Shown: piece after piece, positions 29,485 to 46,763 of the stretch | How positions within the stretch are numbered: position 1 is the first letter of the stretch | Layout: each line of letters begins with the position of its first letter | Source of the DNA: the human T2T-CHM13v2.0 reference genome, Homo sapiens | NCBI RefSeq assembly: GCF_009914755.1 | Contig: NC_060928.1 | Direction: 5' to 3' (one strand) | Length of the DNA stretch: 64,000 nt | Notes under the pieces: model-generated | Databases searched by the model: none | What the model saw: the letters and a program-made list of their open reading frames with translations, nothing else | Told to the model about the DNA's origin: nothing | Made by a program: the position numbers and the translations under genes

Positions 29485-29740
29485 GATGTGTGTGTCTGTG
29501 TGTGTGTGTAAGGGTGTGTGTGTATGTGTGAGTGGGTGAGACTCTGTGTGTGGGAGTGGATAAATATGTGTGTGGGGGGAGTGTGTGTCTCTCTCATATA
29601 CTATATTACATATAGTATACATAATATATAATGTTATATATTACACATTACATATAATACATTATATTATAGTACATTAAAAATTATATATACACATTTG
29701 ATATATATATATAATATATATATGTAGAGAGAGAGAGACA
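29485..29740. repeat. (TG)n / (TA)n / (GA)n low-complexity tract
   Basis: Direct reading. Confidence 0.9.
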
Positions 29741-30619
29741 GTTTCTCAGAAGAATGATTAATTCTCCAATTCATCAAGGAATAATTTTCTAGCATGAAGC
29801 AGAGTCCTTAACAGCCTTATTTAATTGATGGTAATTGGTATTAAGAGGGTATAATTTATAGAACCAGCATTGAAAAAATACCTCTGCTTAGAGTTCTAAC
29901 GCTGGGTGATAAGAACCATCAAGCTTGCCATTCAGGAAGTCCTTGAAGTTTGTGAATGACAAATAGGTCAAGGAGAAAATTGTTGAGAGACCCCTTCAAT
30001 GTCTTCTTAAGTCTCTCAAATGTCAATCAATAAATGGTATCCTCCAAATGAAAACCTTTTCCACTTGGAAGCCGGTCGTCCATTACAATAGCTTTCTCTC
30101 TCTTTTCTGCCACAAGAGCAAATGAAATGTATTTTTCCAACAGCAGCTTTCAGGAAAGCCAGTTAGTGAATTTTAAGATTAGTTTATTCTGCTCCAGATT
30201 TTGAAGTTATTTTTTGATATTTGATCTGTGGGCTGAATCACAGAATCCAACTTTAAAGTTAGAAGGGATCTGGAGATCATTTAGTTCAAACTCCCTTGTG
30301 CAGCTTTTCTGTAGACATGAAAATTGTGCTGTTAATTTTTAATACCATTTTGAGTCTTTGAATGAGAGAATTAAGCTTTTCATAATTATGTGCCGTGACC
30401 ACCAGCAGTATAGGCTGTGAGCTCTTGGAGGAGCTTATGAGGAGAAACTCCAGAGAAGCATGAGTTCTTCATGTCCAATATCTGGCATGGAACCCAGAAT
30501 AAAGGCTTGAAAAATGAATCATTCCTAATATAGTAGTTAGAGAAATTAGACAAGCTTGCAAACATGTAATCGTTCACAACAAAATAAAAGGATAAAGACA
30601 AGGAAAATCTAAAATAACC

Positions 30620-30900
30620 AGCAGGGTATGGTGGCTCACGCCTGTAATCCCAGCACTTAGAGAGGCTTAGGTGGGAGGATTGTTTGAGGCCATGAGTTCG
30701 AGATTAGCCTGGGCAACATAATTAGACTCATCTCTACAAAAAATAAAAAAAATTAGCCAGGTGTGGTGGCATGTGCTGGAGGCTGAGGTGGGAGGATGGC
30801 TTGAGCCCAGGAGTTTGAGGCTATAGTGAGCTATGGTCCGATTGTGCCACTGCACACCAGCGTGGATGACAGAGTGAGACCCTGTACCTAAAGATAAAAT
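30620..30900 (+). mobile_element. AluJ with a small internal deletion
   Basis: Alu dimer lacking ctgtagtcccagctac. Confidence 0.85.
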
Positions 30901-31234
30901 AACATAATTCAAAAATGATTTTTATTAGGTTTAAACAATTAGTGAGAGCCCCCCCTCCCAATAAGTATATGCTTTTTCATAGCACTTCACATTCCCCATA
31001 CTAACTTACTAATTTAATGTTTCTGTTGGTGACTCATGCTGAATTGTGCAGTAGGAACACAGAGTGCTGAATTTCCTTAGATAATCCACAGAACGGAAAA
31101 TCAATTTTATGACAAATAAGCATTGACTAAAAAGAGAAATCAGAGTGTAAATAACTATCATCATATAACTCATTTTATCTTCTAAAGAACTCAGTTTGGA
31201 AAATATCTTTATATCTCTATATTCTATGCCTTTA

Positions 31235-32031
<797 letters not shown>

Positions 32032-32707
32032 ACCACCGTATTAGTGGTATTGAAACTAATGGTATAGTGGTTTAATTGCTTGCATGAAGGCACATCGGCA
32101 GCTAATTGGCCGAGCTGGGACTCAAAACTAAGTCCGACTCCACTATACTTCACTGGTTCTGCCATGGCAGAGAACAGAAAGGGATTTGAAGATGACTTAA
32201 TCATGTGACTTCATGGTACTGGTGAGGACACGGGGACCAGAAGAAACTGCAACTTGCCTAAAATCACACAACTGCTTAGTGGCAGAGCTGGAGTCACAGT
32301 TAGTTGTCCCTTGACCATGAAGCCTCATTTTAGAAATTTTGCTATTTTTTTCCCTCTTCTCTGTTCCTAAAATTTACTTTTTAAGACTGCTGTTGAACAA
32401 AGGAAATTCATGTCTTATAAGTACTATTTACATAATCAGTATCCTGGAAGTGAAGTAATAGCTTAGGGACTATATCATCACAGGTCTCTTGAATGTGTTT
32501 AGGTTAGACTGTGATAAGGAGTGCAGACCGGCTGAAATAGCACTTTGCTCTAAAGGATATTTTGATTAAATAGAGCAGCTTTATTTCTGGCCTGAATTAA
32601 TAGGTGATAGAAATATATTAGCAGAAGGTAATAGTAGGTGATTAAAAGATTTAAATAGTAAATTCAGTTCTTTGTCTTTTTTTCACTAATTGCACTGCTT
32701 ATGTTAA

Positions 32708-33874
<1,167 letters not shown>

Positions 33875-34049
33875 CAGTTCTTTGAATTCTCCCTGTGATG
33901 AAGCCTCTGCATCCTATTTCATAATACTTACTTATAAAGAAGATCCATAAAATGAGTATATCCTGTTTAAAATACAGATGCCCTATCTATAAGTGATTTT
34001 GTTGTTCTGACATCTAATGCCATTGGCAAAAATTATAAACTTTTAAATT

Positions 34050-34318
34050 TTTTTTAGAGAGATGGGGGTCTCGCTCAAGCTAGAGTACAGTGGCATGATC
34101 ATAGATCATTGTAGCCACGAACTTCTGGGCTCAAGTGATCTTCCCACCTCAGTCTCCAGAGTAGCTGAGACTACAAGTGTGTGCCACCATGCCCAGATAA
34201 TTTTAAAAACAATTTTTATAGAGACAGATCTGTCTGTGTTGCCCAGGCTGGTCTTGAACTCTGGGCCTCAAGCAATCCTCCTGCCTCAGCCTGCCAAAGT
34301 ACTGGGATTACAAGTGTA
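34050..34318 (-). mobile_element. AluJ
   Basis: Diverged Alu dimer. Confidence 0.85.
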
Positions 34319-36042
34319 TGTCAGTAAACTTACAATTATAAATTTCATACCTCTGTGGTCAGTGAAAGCAGTTTTCAATTAATAACATTTTGGCTAATAT
34401 TTACCACCTGTTGTAAGTGTGGCTTAACATGTTTAAGTGTTAACAATTGCTAATAATACTTATAGTTTGTTGGTAGTTTACATTTCTGTTGAAGGCATAG
34501 TTCTCTTCTGAAGTTACCTTCTACGTGAGGAAACTCCGATTATTATAAAACTCCTAGCTTCTCTCCACCTTCTCATTTGCTTCTCTCCAGGAAGGAAGAA
34601 AGAATAAATCCGTTTGGTGAACTGGACACCTGTAACCCGGCTTCTTCCTCAGGGGAGAGAGTGGCCCACGGAGAGCAAACATTTTCCTCAGCTTTTCCAC
34701 GTGGTCAGGATGAGTCTGAGGTTTGTGACTGGACGGGTGTCTCATTCTAGGGTTTGCTGCAGGAATAATCCATGTCCTTCAACCGAGCCTTCATCAGTAC
34801 CACATGGGATAATTTGGCTCTCCATCAGCTGCCTTTTTTTGTCTTGTTTCCCAATTGGTTCAGGCCTCAGTGGGGAGGGGAGGCCTCAGTTATCAGAACA
34901 CCTCACAGACCCAAACTGCTCTGAGCCACTGGGCTGAGTCTTGAGGCGTTAATAAGAAGCACAGTTTGTGAGATAAGCATCACATGGAGATTGAGGTTTG
35001 TGGCTTGGAGGGTGCTTTTAGCTCTGGTGATCCTGTACTTGGTGCAAAACGCATTAGATTTTTACCAAGGTGGGTCACTGTGTCCACAGGCAAGGGGCTG
35101 TTTTCATAAGAGTGGTTGTGTTTCTCTAGGGGCAGAAGTGCAGGCACCAGGGTCTCAGCTGAGGCTCAGACCTTCCACGAATCTGCAGGGATCTGAGAGC
35201 AGACTGCTGCAGGTGTGAGTTTTATTCTGAGCCGGCAAGGCTGAAGCAAGTGCTTGATTATAGGGAAGAGTCTTCCCTTATGGTCTTTAGCTGTCAGGGA
35301 GCAGAGTAATATTTACTGTTTTAAAACTGCAATGCAGCTGATTTTTGCACAAGCTAAAGAGAACTAAGTGAGATTTTTTGCCTTTAACCAACAGCATCAG
35401 ATCTAGGTAAGCGCTGTGGGATTCCTGCCCCAATTTCTGTTTTTCTGTTCTGTTCTGGTTTTTTTTTTCTGCCTTGCCAGCCAAGAAACGGACAGACTGA
35501 TCTTGAGTTCTTATGGCTTGTTTATAAAAAAAAAAAAAAAAACAAAAAACAGGCACACAAAAATCTACTGTCAGATTCCATTTACGTGCTGTTCAAATCC
35601 CAGGCAAAACCAATTTATGGAGATATCAGAATATTTGGTATCTTTAAGGAGTTATCAACTGAATGGGGGTTCCAGGGAGCATTTAGGGTTATTGGAAATG
35701 TTCTCTGTCTTGATTTAGGTATTGTTTGCCCATGTATATATGCACATACAAATTAATTGAAGTGTACTTGAAAGTTGTACACCTTATTGTAGCCTTAAAG
35801 TATTTATCCAGGCATAGATGAGCATGGATGACTTCTCTGAGCCAGCAATTTAGCGGCATGCTCCCCATCTGCAGTGCTTGCTCTAATGGCCCCCAATTCC
35901 CATAGGCTACTAGGGGAGGGGCTGTGTCAGATTCTATAAGACACACTCTACTGGTTTCGAGTTTGCCTTTAAAGATGTATTTATTTTTATTTGATGCCTT
36001 CCTGGTCCCCCTTGATGTTTTGGATGCTCACCAGGTGTAAGT

Positions 36043-36820
<778 letters not shown>

Positions 36821-36979
36821 TAATCTTGAGTGTTTACCACACAGCTGGGTGAATCAAAGGTTAGTTCTTTAGATGTCCCAAACTCTAGTAGATCTAGTCC
36901 TCTGACCAACCGGATGTCTGTCCTGCACAAGGTGTAACTTATATGTGCCATATTTCAAACTCCTGCACACATACCACAA

Positions 36980-37180
36980 TCATCTATTCTTCTGTAAAGG
37001 ACCAGATAGTCTACACTTTGTGCTTTGCGGGTCGTATGATCTCTGTGTCAACTAGTCAGCTCTGCATGAAAGCAGCTATAGACAATACATAAACAAATGG
37101 GTGTGGCTGTGCTCCAAGAAAGCTTAATTTACAAAACAGGTGGTCAGCCAGATTTAGTCTACAGGCTATAATTTGCCTGA
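36980..37180. mobile_element. MER58A hAT element
   Basis: ttctgtaaaggaccagatagt..aaatgggtgtggctgtg..atttacaaaacagg. Confidence 0.75.
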
Positions 37181-37463
37181 TCTAAACCATGTAATCATTC
37201 TGAAAAATTGACAGAGACAGGTTTATTCCATCTTTTTTTGCTTTGTTTTTGCCAGTAGGGGAACTGAGTCTTGGTGAGCTGAATGAGTTTCCCAGGTTAT
37301 CTCTGGATAGTGAAGGATTTCCAACTAGGACTCGGATGAAATGTACTCATGCTATTGACATGTAGTTTTAAGGTCTATGAGAATAAGTGTCATGTCTAAT
37401 ACTGCTTAGCATTCAACTTGAAGCACTTAATAAGTATTCTCTCAATTGAGCAGTTTTGTATAA

Positions 37464-38221
<758 letters not shown>

Positions 38222-38869
38222 TTTCCTCCACACACTTTCTATTGTCTGATTATCATCTCAGAAGGAAGCCTGAATAGGCTTCGAAGGTATTTAAATTTTA
38301 AAAGAGGACAGCTAAAGAAGGCAACACTATTTTCAGCAGAGCTAAATGCTACACAGATGAAGGAGATAATTTAGAAAAGCATCTCAGATCAAAGCATATC
38401 AGTATCCTCACCTCGTTTATTAAGATGTGTGTGTGACTGTAGCCATACTAAGTGACACGAAAGACCTTGTTAATCAAATCACTCACCCATCCTTTTTGTG
38501 GCCACAGAGGAGTGCGTCCAGGCTAAAGGAATAATACTTATTGCTAAATACTGTCCTATCGAAGGCTGAAAATATACATTTGCTTCCCCTGAGCTCTACT
38601 TAAGAGTAGTAGTCATTCCACTGTTTATCAAAACACCATATTGTACACCTTAGATATATATGATAAAAAAGACATAGCACACATCTGCTCTACATTTATA
38701 ATAAAGGAACCTACAGGCAATTTTGTTTTGTATTGTTACCCTCTTGCCTTTACTCAGATTTTATTATTTAAACCAGAATCCACAAGCGATGTCTGCCACA
38801 TCATGCTGACTCCAGGGACTGCGTATGAACAATCTGTAGTTACGGCTTCATTTCTTGAAATGCCCTTAC

Positions 38870-39006
38870 CTTTCAGTGTCTGAAACGTAACACAGATACT
38901 TAGGAAGAAGGATGGAGAGTATGATGTTTCGTTCTATGAGTTATCTACTCTTCCTTTGGTGCAAAAAATATTTGAAGGGGAAATTATTTACTACTGCATT
39001 ACTCTC
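38870..39006 (-). pseudogene. Candidate internal exon (cytoplasmic region, degraded)
   Basis: Acceptor tctcttttgaatAG|, strong donor aag|GTaagg; 137 nt; stops in all frames. An Alu begins about 15 nt upstream of the acceptor. Confidence 0.35.
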
Positions 39007-39013
39007 CTATTCA

Positions 39014-40012
<999 letters not shown>

Positions 40013-40869
40013 CACATGGTCCTTTTGTGACCTGGCTCTCCTCTACTTTGTAAATGTTCCATTTCCACATGCATCCTGGACTCCAGTCATTCCAAACAGA
40101 CTCTGACTCTAGGTGCCAGGCTATTCCTGGTCTCAATGCCTTGCATAGCTGCACCTTCTCCCTAGAATATTTCTCTGATGTTCTCCCTAAAGAAGTGCCC
40201 ATGTTAGTTCAAGCATCACTGTCTTTGGGAAGGCTGTTTGACCTTCTCAGCCAGAGACTGGCGTTTTCTCACCCCATGTAAGGATGGCTACCAGAAGATA
40301 CATTTTCCCTGGGCCTCAGCCTCCCTTACTAGACCTTGCACCCTAACAAGTTCTATTCATTTTTGTATCCTTAGTGCCCGGCACAGTGTAGAATTTAATA
40401 ACATGTGCTAGAAATAATGGGTAACTATTTTATAAAGAAGAAAACTTCAGATTTCTAACATTCTGTTTTATAATATTCATATCACAAACAGGAGTTTTTA
40501 GAGGGAAGAGGCCCTCATTCATCTTTGTATTTATTGTGCTAACATAGTGCCTGGTAGTAACACTTAATAAATGTTTGGGGAATGAATAGGGGAGTGAGCA
40601 GGTAAATGGATGATGTGGATAACCATCCAGTGTGCGCCCAGGGCTCAGCCTCCATTCATCACTGTCTACCACAGAAAGTCTCGAGGTAGCTGGAAGCAAG
40701 GCCAAAGACTCAGAGCTCCTCTCTCTTTGGATGAATGGCTAAGAGATTACAGAGGGAGCCACAGGCATTGCTAAAGAATCTAAAGTCAGAGCTGACCTGG
40801 GGTTAGCCTAGTAGAAATGTACTTATTAAGTCCTTAGTTCATTTGTTTATTTAATACATATTTATTGGG

Positions 40870-41252
40870 TCACAGTTCCTAATTGGAAATTCTTGAGGCC
40901 TGATGTGTTCAGAATTCAGATTTTCTTCAGATTTTAGAGTGGTAATGTAGCACATAGCATGTAAAGCTATACTAGGGCAGAGACCCCTGGTATACTGGGG
41001 TGTAGCTTGGGGCCTAGGGCCACATCATGGGAAAAAGCACATTAATATTTCTGCAGAAAAGTGTATTTATATCTGCACTACATTGTGGAATAAATAAAAA
41101 CTATAAATAGGCTTATGACAGTTCAGGTTAAGTTTTGCCTTCAAATGACTGAAGCACAGATCAGGTTTTTCTGCCAATTGTGCTGCAGAAAACTTTCTCT
41201 TTTTCAGAACTTTTTGGGTTTTGGAATTGTGGATGAGGAATTATAGAACTGT
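40870..41252. mobile_element. Tigger-family element (MER46C-like)
   Basis: gatgtgttcagaattcagatttt..ttttggaattgtggat..actgta. Confidence 0.6.
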
Positions 41253-42009
41253 AACAATGATTCTCTGCAAGAATTCCTCTTTTAGAAGAAATTTGGGAAA
41301 ATATCCAACAAATATTAATTCTATCAGTAATTCCCAAAATGGTTTGATTGAAAAAAAGTCATCTCAAAGGGTATTACTAAAATCTAAAGATAAATGAATT
41401 TAAATATACTTTCATTAAAAAAAAAGAACCTTGATATTACATCATTATTTTTAACACATGGCAAAGTAGAGCTAATAAGTGGGATAAAGGGCTTCTTATT
41501 CTAAAACAGCTGTTCCTTGCAATCTTTACTATGGGGAAAAAAATGGTGAAGGGCAGTGCAAGGGGGCGGCAATAAGAGAACAGAAGGAAGTAGCTAAAAT
41601 TAGCACTGTAGGTTCGAGGTCCTGCTAATTAAATTTATACTGCACCAGCAAATGCTTCAGAATTGTTACTTTTTCCTGTTATTTAACACTGGACATTCCT
41701 TTATCTGTGCAGGATGCATTTATTTACAGCCCGCCCCTTTCCCCCCCTCCAAAAAAAAAGTAGATTCAGAAACGCCTGCCCTGGGTAAAGGTGGAGAACA
41801 GCACTCTCCCATTAAAGTTTAAACCTCATGGCCACTGTCAAGATGGTGTCTAGAGTTTTACCAGTAGGTGAAATCCTCGTTAGAAGCTGTTAGGAAAAAT
41901 ACATGAAAAATACATAATGTTTCCCTTAGTTGTTCTGGTTCCTTAACATCTTTAAACTGATCATCTCTAGTTTCCAAGAGTTCTGGCTTTTGAGGGGAAA
42001 TTAAGATTC

Positions 42010-42205
42010 TATTAGGTTGATGCAAAATTTTCTATATTAATTACTTCATATGGAATTACTTTTACATCAGCCTCATAGAATCAATTTCTATATTAGGTTG
42101 GTGCAAAAGTAGTTCTATATTAAGTAATTAATATAGAAAATTAATTTTTATATTAGGTTGGCATTACAATGGCAAAACCACAATTAATTTTGCACCAACC
42201 TAATA
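42010..42205. mobile_element. Rearranged MADE1 (Hsmar1 mariner MITE) TIR cluster
   Basis: Three partial tattaggttggtgcaaaa copies and two reverse ttttgcaccaacctaata-like copies. Confidence 0.8.
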
Positions 42206-44442
42206 TAGGTGAGCTACTTTTGTGAGGAGTTTTATCAGACCCTGCCAAGGTGTCCTGGTACAAGTTTCCCAGGGAAGGGCTTGCAATAACGTGTGCAAAT
42301 CTGTGTACTCACAGGGCTTGGGATTATGTGACAATCTGAATGGTGCAGAGCTCATAGGTCCCAGGAGTCTCCCATTTTCCCCCTCCTGTTTCCCTGTTCC
42401 CGTTGTTTGCTCTGCCCTTGGGTGCCCCACCCTGCCATGCCTGCCCTAGCTGGCTCACTTCATTCTGTGGGCCTCAGCTTCCTTCTGCTTTGAATCTCCG
42501 CTTCGTTCAACATTGGGTCACTAATACAGAGATCTTCAGGGTTGGCTGGGAGAATACCTTGTATCTTTTTGTGAGACAACATTTTCCTCCTTGCATGACC
42601 CTCATAGAACTGTCAACCTCTCTCCTTGTTTATGTTCCTGTGGGGTTAACCCTGACTAGAAAAGTGCAGGACATTCTGCCATCACGTGTAGAGGGAACAT
42701 CGGGGAAGAGAGATGCAACCCTCTTTGTTTAAATATTCAGACAGATAAAGTGCAATATATAATTTTCCCCTCTCAGGGCTCCCACTGTGTCTATATTTAC
42801 TTGGTGGTGCCGAGATGAATTTTAGGAGAAAGAAAAATGTCACCTGTGTTCATGATGCTGTGGCAAAGAGGTGTGTGCAGAAAGAGAACTTTTACAACTT
42901 AAGCATTATCTTCAAGGAAAGGATGAAGGACTTTGCCCTCGTGTAAAGGGATTTTAGGGATCAGAGTAGGTCAAAGATTGACTTTCACAGGGCTGGAGAT
43001 CTTGACAGAACTAAAGACACTCATCTCTGTGTGACTGTGGCCCCTCATTACAACATGTCCCTAAGGAGCCCCAGTAGAAAGCCTCATTTCATGGGAAACT
43101 AGCTCGTGCTCACCGAGCTCTTTTCATAGAAGACATGCGTTATTATTGAACATTCATTAAGCTCTGAACGCTGTAGCTCTCAGGTCTTTTGCAAGAAGAG
43201 ACTAGAAAAAAGCCATGTGGGAGTGATGATAGCAGTGCAATGGTCATTTATTGAACACATGCAAATTCCAGGTACTGAGCTAAGTATCTTACATGGATTC
43301 CTTCATGTCATCCTCATAACGACTCTGTAAGATGAGAACTATTAATATGTCCATTTGACAGATGGGGCCACTGAGCCCTAAAGGAGGTCAGCGGCTTGGC
43401 CAAGGCCACGTGATAGCTCAGTAGTGGCTGGCTGGTAGTGGGGTCCCATGTAGACCCCTGTCATGCGTGTGCTGGAAGAGAGGTCTGACCCACAGCCTTT
43501 CACATGATCAGGTGCAAGCTGAAGACAGAAGAAAGAGGGCATCGGTGGTGGCAGCTGTAAGAGAAGAAGACTTTGGTCTTTTGACACATCGTGCTAGGAG
43601 GACAGCCTCAGTGTTCTTAGTGTGTGAAAGCAACTGTCTCATAATAAAAATAGGCAGATCAGTGATAATCAAGATTTAAAATAACCCTAAAGTGTGGAAA
43701 GAAGTGAATGGAAAAGTGACTCTTTCTCTAGGCGTTGTCAGTCCCTGCAGGCTGAGCTACCTGTTTTTGAAAAAGAACAGAAAACCAAGTCTAGGGTGGG
43801 GCCTGGAGCCAGCCACATACACTCTGACCTCGTTTTCTCTCAATGTCTGAACAAGCCTGGGAACATAAATACTTGAGCAAGAAAAACAAGTCAGGCCCTG
43901 AGTGGAGGACAGGCAGCAGCAAGTAAAGGAAGGGGAGCAGAGGTGAGAGCTAAGGCCCTCACAGGAAGGAGACCCAGGGTCTCCAAACCCTTCTTTCTGA
44001 TATATACAGTGATCCTTTTCCATCTTATGTAAAGTGCTATGATCCTGAAGACTCAGTCCCCTCTTTCAGATAAGACTGCTGCCCCTAAGCTCTTTCTGAA
44101 TGGAAACTCTGCCCTAAACAGGGGTTGAGGAACTTCTGGGGAAACTGAGGAGACTCAGTAGAACTGATTCTTTGAAGACAGCTGGTCTATCTGTGCTGGA
44201 GACTCTTCTATGGCCAGAGGTTGAAAGAAGGCTCTGCATGGTGGGGAGGAAATCAAGTTATTGTCCTAATTCTGCTAAGGAAAGAACAGCACAAGAAAAC
44301 CAGTCCCTTGGTTTCCATTTTTCCCGAGTTTTATGCGTTTCACACATGCAGTGTATTCAAGCATTTCTTCTACAATTTTTTTAATTTGAGACTGAAATCC
44401 TCTTTTGAGCAGGAGTCAATATGTAGCTGATAGGCAATTTAC

Positions 44443-44521
44443 CTGTTGTATATTTCCTATCAGGAAGTCAACATCATTTAGTGACAGACAGTAGAGCCAT
44501 CACTAGCCAACATTACAGTTG
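44443..44521 (-). pseudogene. Candidate TM exon 2: (A)TVML/LVMALLSVTK*C*LPDRKYTT
   Basis: aAG|ca...cag|GTaaat; 79 nt (78+1, one inserted base). The two TGA stops sit where Arg CGA codons would give a basic stop-transfer motif (KRCR). Confidence 0.5.
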
Positions 44522-44912
44522 CTTGTGACAGAGTTGAAAGTGCATAAACTTTGGCCTCAGTAGCCTTGGGCTTGAACCCTGGTTCTATTTACTACTTAAC
44601 TTGTCTTTAGTCAGCTTTCCAAATCTCTCAGAGGCTCACTTTCCTCACTTGTTAAGTGGACATAAAATCTACCTTAAGCAATTGTGATAAGGATGAAATG
44701 AGATAAATAGAAGTGCCAACATATTCAATAAAAACTAGGTATCCTTATCTACGTGTAGATCTCTGACACAAGCAGTATTTATATAAGGATTGGAAGCTTG
44801 AAGCTAGAGCTGGCAAAAGGAAAAATGTGTTATGTATATTTGAAAAATCATTTATATTTGATGGAGAATGCATTGTACATCATTCTTCAAGCTGATTTAC
44901 CTTGCTAATTAC

Positions 44913-45078
44913 CTATCACTCTGGCTAATATTGGAATTAGCTTGTCATTCTCAGCAATCTCTGATGGCCCGTTTGGTAGGCGTGAGAGCCCAGAAGCTTT
45001 CTGAGTCATTTGGGAATAAATGAGTTGAGGGACTTCAGCTACAGTGAGAATGACCTCCTTTCCCCTCAAATTGATTAT
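44913..45078 (-). pseudogene. Candidate stalk/TM exon 1: IINLRGKEVILTVAEVPQLIYSQMTQKASGLSRLPNGPSEIAENDKLIPILARVI
   Basis: Strong acceptor atttctcttttacAG|, donor ata g|GTaatt; 166 nt fully open; ends at the start of a hydrophobic helix (LIPILA[R/G]VI). Confidence 0.55.
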
Positions 45079-45683
45079 CTGTAAAAGAGAAATCCTTTGG
45101 AAACCTTTTTCCTTAAGTGTTCATTGCTTACTTTTAGTCTTTCTCCCACTTCTCATGCACTCTGTCATCTTAGCAGCACCAAAATAAGTTTTTTCCCCGA
45201 CTGCTCACAAATTGCGAAGATATGAGTGTGTCCCCTAATGTTATATAGCATATTGCATCTCTGCCATAGACACCAGAAGTTTCAGCTTTCTCAATTTCAC
45301 CTTATCTTTTCCATAACATCCGAGAGAAAAATGAAACCGTGGCAGAGTGTTTTCATTGATCAAGCAGGCTTTTAATGTCTTGCCTTTTGCTTCTTGGCAG
45401 TGTGACCTCTGATCTCAGCTATATGGCCCTCAGTCTTCAGATCATCCTTATCCTAACCAAACTAACATATCTTCAATGCTTTAGATATTGAAAGACACAT
45501 TGTTTTCTTTAATTGGAAAAAATACTAGTTACATAATGCCCTTTAATCTTAGTAATCAGCAAGCATACAAATAAAACCTGGAACATTGTTTTGACAAACC
45601 ATTGCTTGCTTTCTGCCTTGTCATACTGGGTTTATAAACTCTGTACCATACACTTGAGACACCCTGAAAATCACAGTAATTAC

Positions 45684-45974
45684 CATAGAACAAGCTTCCC
45701 CCCATCACTGGATTGTGAAGCAGGTGCACTCCACATATATTGGTTATAACTTTGTAGCCTATGTTGAACAAGTCATTTACTGTGACAAAAGTCAAAGTTG
45801 TATCTGTTATACCCTCTTAGCAAGCCAACAAATGCCTTGCGTGGATGTGAGTGGAGAGTTACCACCACTATATGTGATAACATAGCTTAAGATGAGGGGA
45901 GCTGAGGGGAGCTGTGCTGCCATATTTTGTAACCAGATACTGGAATCCTTTCTCAGCCATTGTCCTTAGCAGAG
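45684..45974 (-). pseudogene. Candidate fibronectin type III exon, frameshifted
   Basis: Acceptor ttttctccacacAG|, donor tatg|GTaatt; 291 nt (97 codons, one-domain size). Pieces across frames: KDSSIWL..., PLILSYVITYSGGNSP, WLAK/EGITDTTLTFVTVNDL..GYKV, WSAP, which resemble FN3 B, C, E, F and G strands. Confidence 0.55.
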
Positions 45975-46219
45975 CTGTGTGGAGAAAATCATAAGGCCTT
46001 CCATCAACTGATTCACCGATTTAGGATTCTTTTCTTGATATCTTTAAATTTTATTAAAATGATTAATCTATATTATATTAAATATGTATTAATTGAAAAC
46101 ATTATTTAAAATAAATATATTACCTATTTTCAAAATAAATACTATTTAAATATATCTAAATTATTTAAATAGGTATTAATAAAAACTATTTTCAATAAAT
46201 ATTATTGTAAATTAAAATC

Positions 46220-46424
46220 GGGAGTGAGGGGCCTGAAAAAATGTATCCCGCTTCTCAGACCAACTTTGGAAACAATAGGGAAATATAGCAAAAGAGTAAG
46301 GCAAATGGGAGTTCCAAATATCAACTGATACTGGGGAATGTAGCCTATGTCCATGAAAAGTGGGCTTGATGGAATACTGAACCCCATGATGATCAGACCA
46401 AACCACCCAGTCCGGAGCCTAACC
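46220..46424 (-). pseudogene. Possible second Ig-domain exon (G*APDWVVWSDHHG...VSVDIWNSHLPYS...YC)
   Basis: Acceptor gaaattttacAG|; resembles Ig G.P.P..V.W and S..I.N motifs; no clear donor. A 45-nt piece at 48255-48299 (EKEGSK/NVS/LCI) could supply the first Cys strand. Confidence 0.3.
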
Positions 46425-46763
46425 CTGTAAAATTTCCCACAAAGAGGAACAGAACACAAGGCAAGCTCTCTGAAGTCAGGCTGGAGCTGGGAGTGTGGAG
46501 AGGTGGGCCGTGCCAGGGCTGTGCCTCACTGGCTGATCCTTCCACACCAGCAGAAGGGGCCAGGAGTGTTTCCCCTAGGGAGCTCCCTCTGCTCTCCACT
46601 TACAGGAAAGTCTCAGAACTGGAGAAAAATTCACCTCCATCCCTCCTCAGTGGTTAACTCTTTTAGGTAAGATTTAGATTCATGGCAGTTAAATTGTCAC
46701 CTTTTGAACTTCTACATTTTCCCAGTTAAAATATTCCTATAGTGTTGGAATACAGAATGCATA

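Noticed and set aside
42314-42660. Minus-strand donor (cct|GTgagt) preceded by ENGRLLGPMSSAP, resembling an FN3 end
   Set aside because: The upstream translation is not FN3-like, and it lies downstream of the TM exons.
43600-43763. Strong minus-strand acceptor with PRERVTF..LG, and PWEFNR at 17.8 kb, hinting at a tyrosine kinase domain
   Set aside because: I found no HRD, DFG or SDVWS motifs and no clear donor, so a kinase is unsupported. The acceptor itself could still be a real exon start.
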